The translations under genes were made by a program, and so were the position numbers. Positions 9,606 to 19,456 of a DNA stretch of 64,000 nt are shown one piece after another. How positions within the stretch are numbered: position 1 is the stretch's first letter; the number at the start of each line of letters is the position of its first letter. The stretch lies in the NCBI GenBank assembly GCA_963717195.1, contig CAVQVR010000021.1, positions 204,934 through 268,933 on the forward strand, given 5' to 3'. The DNA comes from an uncultured Chloroflexia bacterium. Lineage in GTDB: Bacteria > Chloroflexota > Ktedonobacteria > Ktedonobacterales > Ktedonobacteraceae. The notes under the pieces are model-generated. The model saw only the letters and a program-made list of their open reading frames with translations, did no database searches and was not told where the DNA came from.

Positions 9606-11606
9606 GTGACATCTCCACCTCTTTTCTTCTGCTCCCACTGCGGAGCTGCCAACGACGAGCTGGCAACAAACTGTTTCGCGTGTAATCAATCATTGCATGC
9701 GCCTCTGCCACAACAGCAGACGCAAACGCTCTTGAAGGAACGCTACCATACAATCAACCAGCTTGGTCAGGGAGGCATGGGCGCGGTCTACAAAGCTGAA
9801 GATATCGAACTGGGAAATCGGCTCGTCGCGGTCAAAGAGATGAGCCAGCGCGGGCTAACGGAACAGGAAGCGCTTGAGGCGACCGAAGCCTTCAAACACG
9901 AAGCCATGATGCTTGCGGCTCTGCTTCATCCACACCTGCCACGCATCTACGATCATTTTTCGGGGAACGGGCACTGGTATCTGGTCATGGATTTTATCGA
10001 TGGTCAAACGCTGGAGGACTATCTGGGAAAGCAACCCGGGTATCTCTTGCCCTTACAAGAGGCGCTTGAATATACTATGCAGCTCTGTAGTGTGCTGGAT
10101 TACCTGCACACGCGCCAGCCACCCATTGTCTTTCGCGACCTCAAGCCATCCAACGTCATGCGCACAAACGATGGGCAGCTCTACCTGGTTGATTTTGGCA
10201 TTGCGCGTCACTTCAAGCCGGGACAGGCAAAAGATACCATCGCCTTTGGTTCGCCGGGCTATGCTGCACCGGAGCAATATGGAAAAATGCAGACGACGCC
10301 AGCCGCCGACATCTATAGCCTGGGCGCTCTCTTGCACCAGATGTTAACGGGCAACGATCCATCGGTAACGCCATTCTTTTTTGCGCCTCTACCATCTGAC
10401 ATTGGATCAGTTGCCTTACAAAATCTGCTCAAGCATATGCTCGATATGGATGCACTCAACAGACCCATAAGCGCGGCGGCAGTGAAGCAGCAATTACAAC
10501 GCATCGCCACGCAGGATAATATGCGCCAATTCTCCTCTCCTGGCTCAACCGTGAGTAGCCCTGGTGCATCATCATTGCAGGGATCTCAAGCAAAACCCAT
10601 CTCGTCGTACCAGGTCACTGCGTCTGCATCAACTGGCTCATCCAATTCCAGTAGCAAGCCCACATCAATACAACCGTTGCCGCCTCCTGCACAGCCTCAA
10701 TCTCAGCAGGGGAGACGTGTGTGCACCTATAGAGGGCATATCGACCTGATTACTGCGGTGGCATGGTCACCTGATGGACAATACATTGCTTCTGCAAGCT
10801 ACGATAAGACGGTACAGATCTGGGATGCCAGAACAGGAGGGGCACAACAGATCTATGAAGGGCATGTCAGAAGTTGGCGTTCCAGTCAGTTGTACGCTCT
10901 TGCGTGGTCACCAAATCAGAATCGTATTGCATCGGCAGGAGAGGATAAAGTTATACAACTCTGGAATGCACATCTCCCCAGAAATCCCAGTTATTACAAT
11001 CAGCATAGCGAAAGTGTGCTTGGCGTGGTATGGTCGCCCGGCGGCACACGAATTGCTTCCATCGGTGGCAAAACGTTACATATATGGAATGCAGCCACAT
11101 GTGCGACTATTGCGACTTATAACCATGAGGATATCATCCAATCAGTAGCCTGGTCATCTGACTCAATACATGTGGCTAGTGGTGGCAAAGATGGCAAAAT
11201 CTGTATTTATAAGACAAATAAGGCAAGCTCTGACAATAGTCATGTCACGCACCTTATCCATAATGCAGCCATACAGGCAGTAGCGTGGTCGCCTGATGGA
11301 AAGTTTCTGGCATCTGCGAGCAATGATACGACCGTGCGTATTGTCGATCCAACAACTGGAACGATTAATCTGATCTATGCAGGTCACACACGTCCGGTTA
11401 ACACTGTGGCATGGTCGCCTGATGGGACGCAGCTTGCCTCTGCTGGCGAAGATGAGACGGTGCAGATCTGGGATCTCACTGGCAAAAAGCTGTTTACCTA
11501 TGCAGATCACTATGCTGCCATCTTTACGGTTGCATGGTCGTCCGATGGGAAATACATTGCTTCAGGGGACGCGCATAAGTTGGTACATGTGTGGATGGCC
11601 CGATAG
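9606..11606 (+). CDS. Zinc-ribbon Ser/Thr kinase-WD40 protein (paralog 3) with a Ser/Pro/Gln-rich linker
   Basis: CSHCGAAN…CFACNQ ribbon, kinase motifs, WD repeats. The likely start is GTG 9606 (aagga RBS upstream, matching the …SPPLFFC N-termini of the paralogs). The ORF-track start at 9546 is an AT-rich extension. Confidence 0.85.
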   Translation: MTSPPLFFCSHCGAANDELATNCFACNQSLHAPLPQQQTQTLLKERYHTINQLGQGGMGAVYKAEDIELGNRLVAVKEMSQRGLTEQEALEATEAFKHEAMMLAALLHPHLPRIYDHFSGNGHWYLVMDFIDGQTLEDYLGKQPGYLLPLQEALEYTMQLCSVLDYLHTRQPPIVFRDLKPSNVMRTNDGQLYLVDFGIARHFKPGQAKDTIAFGSPGYAAPEQYGKMQTTPAADIYSLGALLHQMLTGNDPSVTPFFFAPLPSDIGSVALQNLLKHMLDMDALNRPISAAAVKQQLQRIATQDNMRQFSSPGSTVSSPGASSLQGSQAKPISSYQVTASASTGSSNSSSKPTSIQPLPPPAQPQSQQGRRVCTYRGHIDLITAVAWSPDGQYIASASYDKTVQIWDARTGGAQQIYEGHVRSWRSSQLYALAWSPNQNRIASAGEDKVIQLWNAHLPRNPSYYNQHSESVLGVVWSPGGTRIASIGGKTLHIWNAATCATIATYNHEDIIQSVAWSSDSIHVASGGKDGKICIYKTNKASSDNSHVTHLIHNAAIQAVAWSPDGKFLASASNDTTVRIVDPTTGTINLIYAGHTRPVNTVAWSPDGTQLASAGEDETVQIWDLTGKKLFTYADHYAAIFTVAWSSDGKYIASGDAHKLVHVWMAR

Positions 11607-11732
11607 TTTCAACCGCTGTTGCCAGAGTATGATCTATCATTTGGACCATATCTACAGGATTTGCCTCCCGATAAATAACAAGAAGTATACTTTTCAAAAA
11701 GTACCATACTACTCCTTTAAAGGAACAAATAC

Positions 11733-11765
11733 TTGACAACCCGCTCCCATTTGTACTAATGTACA
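11733..11765 (+). promoter_or_regulatory. Putative promoter of kinase paralog 4 (TTGACAAC…CATTTGTACTAATGTACAA)
   Basis: It is nearly identical to the paralog 2 element (CATCTGTATTAATGTACAT). Confidence 0.45.
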
Positions 11766-11808
11766 AAGAATATCACTGGCAAGAACATATGTTTGTATAA
11801 GGGTTGTT

Positions 11809-13806
11809 ATGACGCTCTTTCCAACACAATTTTGTGATACGTGCGGTGCCGCGAACCGCGTACAGGCGCAGTTTTGCCGCGTCTGTGGGCGGTTACTGCA
11901 AGATGATGCCCGCACAATCAATATCAGCTCTACACTGACCGGAACGCTAACGCAGCATATATTGAAGCAACGTTACCTTATTCTCGGCCAGGCGGGCCGT
12001 GGTGGCTTCGGGGCAGTCTACAAAGCATCCGATACCGAACTCGGCAGACTGGTAGCAGTCAAGGAGATGAGCCAGAGCAACCTGGGAGCACAAGAGCTGG
12101 TAAATGCAAATGAGGCATTCCGACACGAGGCAATGCTACTGGCAGGATTGACACACCCCAATCTGCCACGCATCTATGAGCAATTTACCGATACGGGCCG
12201 CTCATATCTCGTTATGGACTTTATTGAGGGTGAGACGCTGGACGAATATCTGGACAGACTGGGGGGTCAGAAGCTGCCGTTTGAAAAAGTGTTTGATATC
12301 GCACTCCAGCTCTGTTCTGTGCTGGACTACTTGCATAATCGTCAGCCCCCCATTATTTTTCGTGATCTCAAGCCAGCCAACGTGATGATTACAGCCAGTG
12401 GACACGTCTACTTAATCGATTTCGGCATCGCGCGTCACTTCAAGCCAGGACAGAGCAAAGATACAACGGCACTCGGTTCATCGGGATATGCTGCGCCCGA
12501 GCAATATGGCAAGTCGCAGACCACACCGCGTGCCGATATCTATAGCCTGGGCGTGACACTACACCAGTTGCTCACAGGAAACGATCCTTCGGTCTCGCCG
12601 TTTCACTTTGCCCCGGTACAACTACCCAATGTGGCCGCGCTAAAGGGGTTGGACACTCTGATTATGAGCATGGTGAGCGTAGATATTGACAAGAGGCCAA
12701 CAAGTATAGCCATCGTCAAGCAAGAATTAGAGCGCATTTCGTTTGAATATAGAATAACGCATCCATTGCAAAATGGAGTGCCGAACTCCTATCAAATCCC
12801 TCGGACAGGAACGATACCAGGGATACCAAACATTCCCCGAACGCCTCGGCGCTCCGCACAATCGAGGGTTATTCCCCAGGCGAACATGTGGTATGTATGT
12901 GTAGGCCATAGTAGCCGTGTGACAGCGATTGCATGGTCACCAGACGGGAAATACCTGGCTTCGGCAAGCTACGACAAGACCGTCCAGCTCTGGGATGCCA
13001 GCAATGGGCAAAATATTCTCACGTACAAAGGACATCGCCAGCATGTTAATGCATTGGCATGGTCGCCTGATAGCAAATATATTGCTTCGGCGAGCGACGA
13101 CGGGACAGTACAGACGTGGGAAACGAAGACGGGGAAAACATGCGTTACCTTTCGTGGTCATCTCGAAGAGGTCAACGCCGTGGCATGGTCACCCGATGGC
13201 TTCTATATCGCCTCCGGAGGAAGTGACAAAACGGTCAAAGTGTGGAAAGCAAAGACCGAAAAGCTTATCTACATGTGCACAGAGCATAGCGACAAGATAC
13301 AGAGCATTGCCTGGTCACCCAATGGCAAATGGGTTGCATCGGCGGGTAAAGATCGGAAAGTACACATCTGGGATCCGACGAAAGAGCCAGCACGGCATTC
13401 ATTTTTCAGTAGCATCCTCTCCTTCACACGCAAAGTAGAAACCCTCAACGAGCACAACGGGCAGATCTTCTCCGTCTCGTGGTCGCCAGATAGTCGGCGT
13501 ATCGCCTCAGCAAGTGGTGATCGGCGTGTGCTGGTTGGAGACATCCAGACGAAAAAAATTCTATTCTCGATGGGTGAGAATAGTACCAGTATAAAAAATG
13601 CCGTAGCCTGGTCGCTCAGAGGTGAACATATCGCTATTGGCGGCAACGATAAGACCGTCCAGCTCTGGAATGTGAACAGCAAGAAATTGATCTTCACCTA
13701 TTCTGGGCATACAGGCTATGTAACAACCATCGCGTGGTCCCCTGATGGTACAAAGGTCGCCTCCGCGAGTAGTGATCGTACAATACAAATATGGCAGGCC
13801 ATGTAG
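11809..13806 (+). CDS. Zinc-ribbon Ser/Thr kinase-WD40 protein (paralog 4)
   Basis: CDTCGAAN…CRVCGR ribbon, FRDLKPAN, DFGIARHF, APE, multiple AWSPDG repeats. Confidence 0.9.
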   Translation: MTLFPTQFCDTCGAANRVQAQFCRVCGRLLQDDARTINISSTLTGTLTQHILKQRYLILGQAGRGGFGAVYKASDTELGRLVAVKEMSQSNLGAQELVNANEAFRHEAMLLAGLTHPNLPRIYEQFTDTGRSYLVMDFIEGETLDEYLDRLGGQKLPFEKVFDIALQLCSVLDYLHNRQPPIIFRDLKPANVMITASGHVYLIDFGIARHFKPGQSKDTTALGSSGYAAPEQYGKSQTTPRADIYSLGVTLHQLLTGNDPSVSPFHFAPVQLPNVAALKGLDTLIMSMVSVDIDKRPTSIAIVKQELERISFEYRITHPLQNGVPNSYQIPRTGTIPGIPNIPRTPRRSAQSRVIPQANMWYVCVGHSSRVTAIAWSPDGKYLASASYDKTVQLWDASNGQNILTYKGHRQHVNALAWSPDSKYIASASDDGTVQTWETKTGKTCVTFRGHLEEVNAVAWSPDGFYIASGGSDKTVKVWKAKTEKLIYMCTEHSDKIQSIAWSPNGKWVASAGKDRKVHIWDPTKEPARHSFFSSILSFTRKVETLNEHNGQIFSVSWSPDSRRIASASGDRRVLVGDIQTKKILFSMGENSTSIKNAVAWSLRGEHIAIGGNDKTVQLWNVNSKKLIFTYSGHTGYVTTIAWSPDGTKVASASSDRTIQIWQAM

Positions 13807-13992
13807 AATAAGGTGGAGCAAGAACAGAAAATTTACAAGGCTCTAGTAAAATTTTCCAATTTCCGTGTGATTAGCGCGTGGAAGGGGTCTCTGCATGTTA
13901 TAATATGATGGTAGGCTAGCACTCTATCATTGTCAGGCACATTATCAGAGATTGCTTGCAACTGAATATCGTCCCGGGGAGGGGCTACTGCT

Positions 13993-16257
13993 ATGGTATA
14001 TTGCGAATCATGTGGCGCAGCCAATGAAACAGTCACCGAAAAATGTTTTGTCTGCCAGCAACCAGTTGTAGATACCGAAGAGCTAGAGATTGTGACTACA
14101 CAATCATTGGCTAACGCGGAGAACGGAAACAGGAACGAAGAGAAGAATACTCCCACGCTTTTACAAGGACGCTATCAGCTAGTGAAAGAGGTGGGAACTG
14201 GCGGTTTCGGAGCAGTCTATAAAGCTATTGATACAAAGTTTGATAATCGAACCGTAGCGATCAAAGAGATTCAACTACAAGGATTAAAGCCAAACGAGAT
14301 CATTGATGCAACAGATACCTTCAATCGCGAAGTAAATATCCTATCGGATCTGCGCCACCCCAACCTGCCCCGCGTTTATGATCACTTCACCTCACCTGAG
14401 CACTGGTACCTGGTGATGGACTTTATCGATGGCCAAACACTGGAAACATACTTGGATTCCAGAAGTGGTCGCCTTCCCCTGGACGAAGTCTTCACGCTCG
14501 GAATACAGATATGCACAGTATTGGACTATCTGCACACACGTCAACCAGCCATTATCTTCCGCGACCTCAAACCAACGAATGTTATGATCACCAGCAACAA
14601 ACAGGTCTACCTGATCGACTTCGGGGCCGCACGCTATTTCAAAGCCGGACGCACAAAAGATACGATAGCCTTTGGCTCGCCGGGCTACGCAGCACCAGAA
14701 CAATATGGGAAAGCACAGACAACAGCACGCTCCGACATCTATAGCCTGGGCGCAACTCTTCACGAAGCACTCACAGGAAAAGATCCTGCCGAAGATCCAT
14801 TTCATTTCTCTTTTGTACGAGCCGCAGGACTGACGATTCCTACTGACTTAGAAGCACTGATCTTGCGCATGGTCGAAATGGATATGAGTAAGCGACCAAC
14901 CAGTGCAGCCGTTGTGAAGGCTGAATTATGGCGTATCTCGACGCAGCACACGCAACGCCTCTATGCACTACCCACCACTCCATATGGAATACCACCGTAT
15001 CGAGCAACATTTGGTGTAGGGCAACCACCGCCAGCAGCATGGTCGAAATCCGCTCCCAGCGTACAGCAGGCACAGATACAACTGGGCTTTACGCCAACGC
15101 CCTTACCACGCAAACGCGGCTTCTCACGCCGCGCCGTTACATCAATGATCATCCTGGGTATAGCAAGCGTGGCGTTTTTAGAAAATGCCAGATCGTTGTT
15201 GGTCAGTCCTCCTTATATGCAAAATGGTATGCAAGGACCAGCGCCAGAGCAAATAATGCCGAGTTATACGTTCAAGCAACAGGTTATATTCCCCTATCAT
15301 CAAAATACCGTCACCTCGCTAGACTGGTCGCCAGACGGATACACTATTGCATCTGGCTCCCTGGACAAGACATTACGCATATGGAATGCGGACTTCAACG
15401 GATTAGAGACCATTCACAGCATGCCAGATGGTGTGCGTACAGTTGGTTGGTCACCTGATGGATACAATATTGCAGCTGCGAGTGGTGGTAAAACGGGAGA
15501 GTTACTGATATGGAAAACTTCGGCAATAGCAGGGGATAAGCCGATACTCACGTTCAGCAAACCAGCATCGGGTGCTATTAATGCCCTTGCCTGGTCTCCA
15601 TCAACTCAACCGAACACATATGTTGCTATAGGAAGCGATGATGGCAATGTGCGCGTGATAGACATTTCAACGTCTGCCACGAACAACGTAGCTGCTACCT
15701 ACAAAGCTCACAAAAAGCCTGTAGTAAGTCTGGCGTGGTCGCCCAATGGAGATTACCTGGCAACTGGAAGTGCAGATACAACTGTTTATATACAACCCAT
15801 AAGTTTCAATAATTCCCCGCCATCTGATTCCACCATCGTTTTCTCTCAGCATACAGGGAGCGTCACGGCTCTCACCTGGACACCTGATCAGAACTACGTC
15901 ATCTCTGGCGGTACCGATATGCAGGTACTGATATGGGACTTAAATGGACAGGTTGCACAATCCTATCCGACAACAGCGCCCGTAACTGCGCTGGCTTTGT
16001 CTTCACAAAACCTGCTCGCTGTCGGAACTGAAGATGGGACCGTGTCGATGTATAATTTGAACAATACGAACGATACGAATGCATCTCCTAACATTTTACC
16101 AGGAAATGGCAAGGCCATACGCTCAATTGCCTGGTCGCCGGATGGCACATTTTTTGTAGCGGGTGGCGATGACAAACAGGCAATCATATGGAGTCCAGTA
16201 GAGGAGAATCCCGCTCCCTGGCAGGGTGGTGATCAACGACGACATTGGGGCGGCTAA
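13993..16257 (+). CDS. Zinc-ribbon Ser/Thr kinase-WD40 protein (paralog 5) with a predicted transmembrane segment between kinase and propeller
   Basis: CESCGAAN…CFVCQQ ribbon, kinase motifs, WD repeats. A unique hydrophobic stretch RKRGFSRRAVTSMIILGIASVAFLEN is preceded by basic residues, which suggests a cytoplasmic kinase with an extracytoplasmic beta-propeller. Confidence 0.85.
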   Translation: MVYCESCGAANETVTEKCFVCQQPVVDTEELEIVTTQSLANAENGNRNEEKNTPTLLQGRYQLVKEVGTGGFGAVYKAIDTKFDNRTVAIKEIQLQGLKPNEIIDATDTFNREVNILSDLRHPNLPRVYDHFTSPEHWYLVMDFIDGQTLETYLDSRSGRLPLDEVFTLGIQICTVLDYLHTRQPAIIFRDLKPTNVMITSNKQVYLIDFGAARYFKAGRTKDTIAFGSPGYAAPEQYGKAQTTARSDIYSLGATLHEALTGKDPAEDPFHFSFVRAAGLTIPTDLEALILRMVEMDMSKRPTSAAVVKAELWRISTQHTQRLYALPTTPYGIPPYRATFGVGQPPPAAWSKSAPSVQQAQIQLGFTPTPLPRKRGFSRRAVTSMIILGIASVAFLENARSLLVSPPYMQNGMQGPAPEQIMPSYTFKQQVIFPYHQNTVTSLDWSPDGYTIASGSLDKTLRIWNADFNGLETIHSMPDGVRTVGWSPDGYNIAAASGGKTGELLIWKTSAIAGDKPILTFSKPASGAINALAWSPSTQPNTYVAIGSDDGNVRVIDISTSATNNVAATYKAHKKPVVSLAWSPNGDYLATGSADTTVYIQPISFNNSPPSDSTIVFSQHTGSVTALTWTPDQNYVISGGTDMQVLIWDLNGQVAQSYPTTAPVTALALSSQNLLAVGTEDGTVSMYNLNNTNDTNASPNILPGNGKAIRSIAWSPDGTFFVAGGDDKQAIIWSPVEENPAPWQGGDQRRHWGG

Positions 16258-16261
16258 CATT

Positions 16262-17407
16262 ATGAAATTTGATCTCGACGAGGAGCAGACAGAAATACGC
16301 GACATTGTCCGTCGCTTTACTGCTCAGGAGATCGCACCACACGCGGAATCCTGGGATGAGCATAGCTATTTTCCACGCGAGATATACACGCAAATGGCCA
16401 CGCTGGGTCTGATGGGTATGACCACACCGGAAGCCTACGGAGGGAGTATGCTCAGTCGCCTCTCAGGTGTGCTGGCCTACGAAGAGTTAGCAAAGGGCGA
16501 GATGGCTACGGCGGTTGGCCTCTCTGTCCATAATATGGTGACTGGCTCTATTGCACGCTTCGGCAATGAGGAGCAACGGCAGCGTTGGGTGCCCCAACTT
16601 GCGGCTGGTGAGTTACTGGGTGCATTCTCCTTAAGTGAAGCCAGTGCAGGTTCAGATGCCGCCAATCTCCAATGCCACGCCAAAAGATGCGCTGAGCACT
16701 ATATCCTCAACGGTTCCAAACTGTGGGTCACAAACGGAGGCGAGGCCGATATCTACCTGCTGATGGCACGCACCAGCGACGGGCCCGGCTCATCTGGCAT
16801 CAGTTGCTTTGTGGTAGAGAAGGGAACGCCCGGTTTTTCCTTTGGCAAGCAAGAGCGCAAGATGGGGTTACACTCATCACCCACGCGTGAACTGCTCTTT
16901 GAACAGTGTGAGCTTCCTGTTACCAATCGCATCGGCACAGAGGGTCAGGGCTTCAAGATCGCGCTATCATCGCTTGATGGTGGGCGCATCAATATCGGCG
17001 CAGTTGCCGTCGGAGTAGCCCAGGCCGCTTTTGAAGTCGCCAGCAACTATGCAAAAGAGCGCCAGCAATTCGGTCATCCGATAGGTGTCTTCCAGGGCAT
17101 CCAGTTTCTGCTCGCCGACATGGCCATGAAGATCGAGGCTGCTCGGCTGCTCGTCTACCAGGCCGCCTACAAGCTCGATGAGGGCCAGAGTGCCAGCATG
17201 TATGCCTCAATGGCCAAATGTTTCGCCACCGATGCTGCTATGGAGGTCACGACGAACGCAGTGCAGGTATTGGGCGGTGCAGGATATGTGCGCGACTACC
17301 CGGTTGAGCGTTATATGCGAGATGTGAAGGTGGCACAGATATTTGAGGGGACGAATCAGATACAGAGGATTGTGATTGCACGGGCAGTGTTGGGGAATTT
17401 GAGGTAA
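16262..17407 (+). CDS. Acyl-CoA dehydrogenase
   Basis: MKFDLDEEQTEIRD…AYGGSM…GSKLWVTNGGEADIYLLMART…YPVERYMRDVKV…FEGTNQIQRIVIAR is a classic ACAD signature. Start chosen at MKFDL (16262). Confidence 0.85.
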   Translation: MKFDLDEEQTEIRDIVRRFTAQEIAPHAESWDEHSYFPREIYTQMATLGLMGMTTPEAYGGSMLSRLSGVLAYEELAKGEMATAVGLSVHNMVTGSIARFGNEEQRQRWVPQLAAGELLGAFSLSEASAGSDAANLQCHAKRCAEHYILNGSKLWVTNGGEADIYLLMARTSDGPGSSGISCFVVEKGTPGFSFGKQERKMGLHSSPTRELLFEQCELPVTNRIGTEGQGFKIALSSLDGGRINIGAVAVGVAQAAFEVASNYAKERQQFGHPIGVFQGIQFLLADMAMKIEAARLLVYQAAYKLDEGQSASMYASMAKCFATDAAMEVTTNAVQVLGGAGYVRDYPVERYMRDVKVAQIFEGTNQIQRIVIARAVLGNLR

Positions 17408-17519
17408 GCAGTTACAATCAGTAAGATTTGGGGAACGTGGGAAAGAGGTATGGGTAATATAGATCCAATCAAGTTTAAAGTTCAATTAGAGATACAAAAA
17501 GAAAAACTTAAAGGGGAAG

Positions 17520-17565
17520 ACGTGTTTTTGTGGCTCGGCTGGCCAGCCGAGCCACAAAAACACGT
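17520..17565. terminator. Perfect 23-bp-arm palindrome between convergent genes (bidirectional terminator candidate)
   Basis: acgtgtttttgtggctcggctgg / ccagccgagccacaaaaacacgt. Confidence 0.6.
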
Positions 17566-17568
17566 TAC

Positions 17569-18537
17569 TTACTTCACGCCAGCAGTAGCAAACTCTCTCA
17601 CGAGATTATTGAAGCTTGCGGGCTGCTCCTCTTGCAGATGGGAGCGGCTCCTATCAAGAATGCGTACTTCCATGCGCGGGTTGACACGCTTGAAGGCACC
17701 ACTTGCCTCAGAAGGCGCAAGTTCACCCTCGCGGCCCCAGACGGCGATGACAGGCACCTGCAGGCGAGCCAACGGCTCATGTACGTCCAGCACCAGATAG
17801 TCGCCGAGAAGAGCAGAAGCTGGATAGCGACCATTCGACTGATGAGCGCTGGTATAAATATACTCAACCAGGTCATCGGTAATCAGGCCGGGATTGTGGA
17901 AGCCCAGTTCGTCATAGTAGCCTCGAATGGCGCTACGCGAAGTGAGCAGGTTATAGAGAAACTGGCCAACGATAGGCAAGCGCAGAACAGACTTCACGGC
18001 TGCATTGCGCATGCCGGGGAAGGTCTCCTGCAGTATAGTAGAGGGAGGCGAGACCAGAACCAGGCGCTCAAAGTACTGCGGACGACGATAGGCTCCCGCG
18101 ATAGCATAAGCGCCAGAAAGTCCATGCGCCACCACAACAGTCGGTTTGCCGATCACTTCCTTAATGAAATCGTTCAGCAGGTCCGCGTATGTTTCAGCGG
18201 TATAGTCGATAGCAGGGCGATCAGAGAGACCAAATCCCAGCAGATCGATAGCGTAGACGCGGAAATGCTCAGAAAGCGCTTCAATATTCTTGCGCCATTC
18301 GTACGAGGAAGCACCCGGCCCAAAGCCATGCACCAGCAGAAGTGGCTTCGCATCGCGCACGCCCTTCACCTCGTAAAACATGTCGCCATATTTCCACGGG
18401 TAGCGGCGCTCCTCACCCGTCAATACGGTATCGAGTTCACCAGCTAGAGATTCTGTCAACTTGTTGTAAATAGCCATTGCTCCTACAGCACCTGCAACAA
18501 CAGCGCCTGCAACAAGCAATTTTTTTGTAAATGCCAT
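17569..18537 (-). CDS. Alpha/beta hydrolase fold protein with N-terminal signal/anchor
   Basis: MAFTKKLLVAGAVVAGAVGAMA N-terminus. HGFGPGASSYEW motif. Nucleophile elbow VVVAHGLSGAYA. RBS ggagtg precedes ATG 18537. The antisense ORF 17530..18447 is rejected. Confidence 0.75.
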   Translation of the reverse strand: MAFTKKLLVAGAVVAGAVGAMAIYNKLTESLAGELDTVLTGEERRYPWKYGDMFYEVKGVRDAKPLLLVHGFGPGASSYEWRKNIEALSEHFRVYAIDLLGFGLSDRPAIDYTAETYADLLNDFIKEVIGKPTVVVAHGLSGAYAIAGAYRRPQYFERLVLVSPPSTILQETFPGMRNAAVKSVLRLPIVGQFLYNLLTSRSAIRGYYDELGFHNPGLITDDLVEYIYTSAHQSNGRYPASALLGDYLVLDVHEPLARLQVPVIAVWGREGELAPSEASGAFKRVNPRMEVRILDRSRSHLQEEQPASFNNLVREFATAGVK

Positions 18538-19138
18538 GGAATTCACACTCCTACATTTTTGTTTTTCACAATCAGCAACGTCATTTATACAAAGGACAAC
18601 ACATGGCCACATTGTGCACATCCATTACCACGTGGCACATACGCTCCAAAAGGTTTCATCCTCGGAGTCCAGAGATACTATAGCATGCACCGACAACAAG
18701 GTGCAAACAGGTTACCAGGTATTGGAGCATTACCTCTGCTATATTGAAATACTTTGATATTGCGATAAATATGTAGAATAGTCAGCGTGCAAAAGAGAAA
18801 ACATTCAGCGTCCAGTGTTAAAAAGAAGATTATTTAAACCAGGACTTTCTAGTACTTCCTGTTTATCTGTGTGGCGAATGTTGAAGATCGAAAAATGATT
18901 GGATAAAGTCACCAGAGGAAGCAGAACAGGGCAACGAACATTGAGGACAGGGAAAAGCAAAAGAGCGCTCCATTGCACCTCTGTCTGGAAGAGTTTCCAG
19001 TCTCCTGATAGCGCCGGCAGCAGGGGATCCCTGTTTTACCTATGTTCTATTGAGATTTCCGCTTTCAAGGCTGGAACGAAGAGAGCGGGAGTGCAGCGTA
19101 GAGAGATTGCGCCAGTACAAGGAAAAAGGAAGAAAACA

Positions 19139-19309
19139 ATGAACGTTGAGCTCATTAAGTACCACACCTGCCCAATCGATGACGAAGATGGAGTTCTGCT
19201 GGTCGATGCCGAGACCGAAATGGAACCCTCCACAGACGGTGATGGGAATCTGCAGTACTACTGTATGGCCGGCCATCACACGTTCAGCGCCGATGAGGAC
19301 GACGATTAG
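19139..19309 (+). CDS. Hypothetical small acidic protein (56 aa)
   Basis: MNVELIKYHTCPIDDEDG…YYCMAGHHTFSADEDDD. Strong RBS ggaaaaaggaag before the ATG. Possible Cys2/His metal site. No homology recognised. Confidence 0.3.
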   Translation: MNVELIKYHTCPIDDEDGVLLVDAETEMEPSTDGDGNLQYYCMAGHHTFSADEDDD

Positions 19310-19456
19310 TAGGAAGTTCAATACAGGCTCGAAGAGTGCACGCATATTTGTCTTTTGAGCATATCAAGTGTATACTCCTGGCAATAGCACCAACCAGTCA
19401 CATTGCGTGGTGCTACCTGGAATATCTCTCAATTCTTGCTTGAGAATGGGTTGAGG

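Noticed and set aside
12929-13438. 169-aa plus-frame ORF inside kinase paralog 4
   Set aside because: It is an alternative frame of the WD40 region. The in-frame kinase-WD40 reading is unambiguous.
17530-18447. 305-aa ORF on the plus strand
   Set aside because: It is fully antisense to the alpha/beta hydrolase gene, which has clear HGxG and nucleophile-elbow motifs and a signal peptide. The plus-strand product has no recognisable features.
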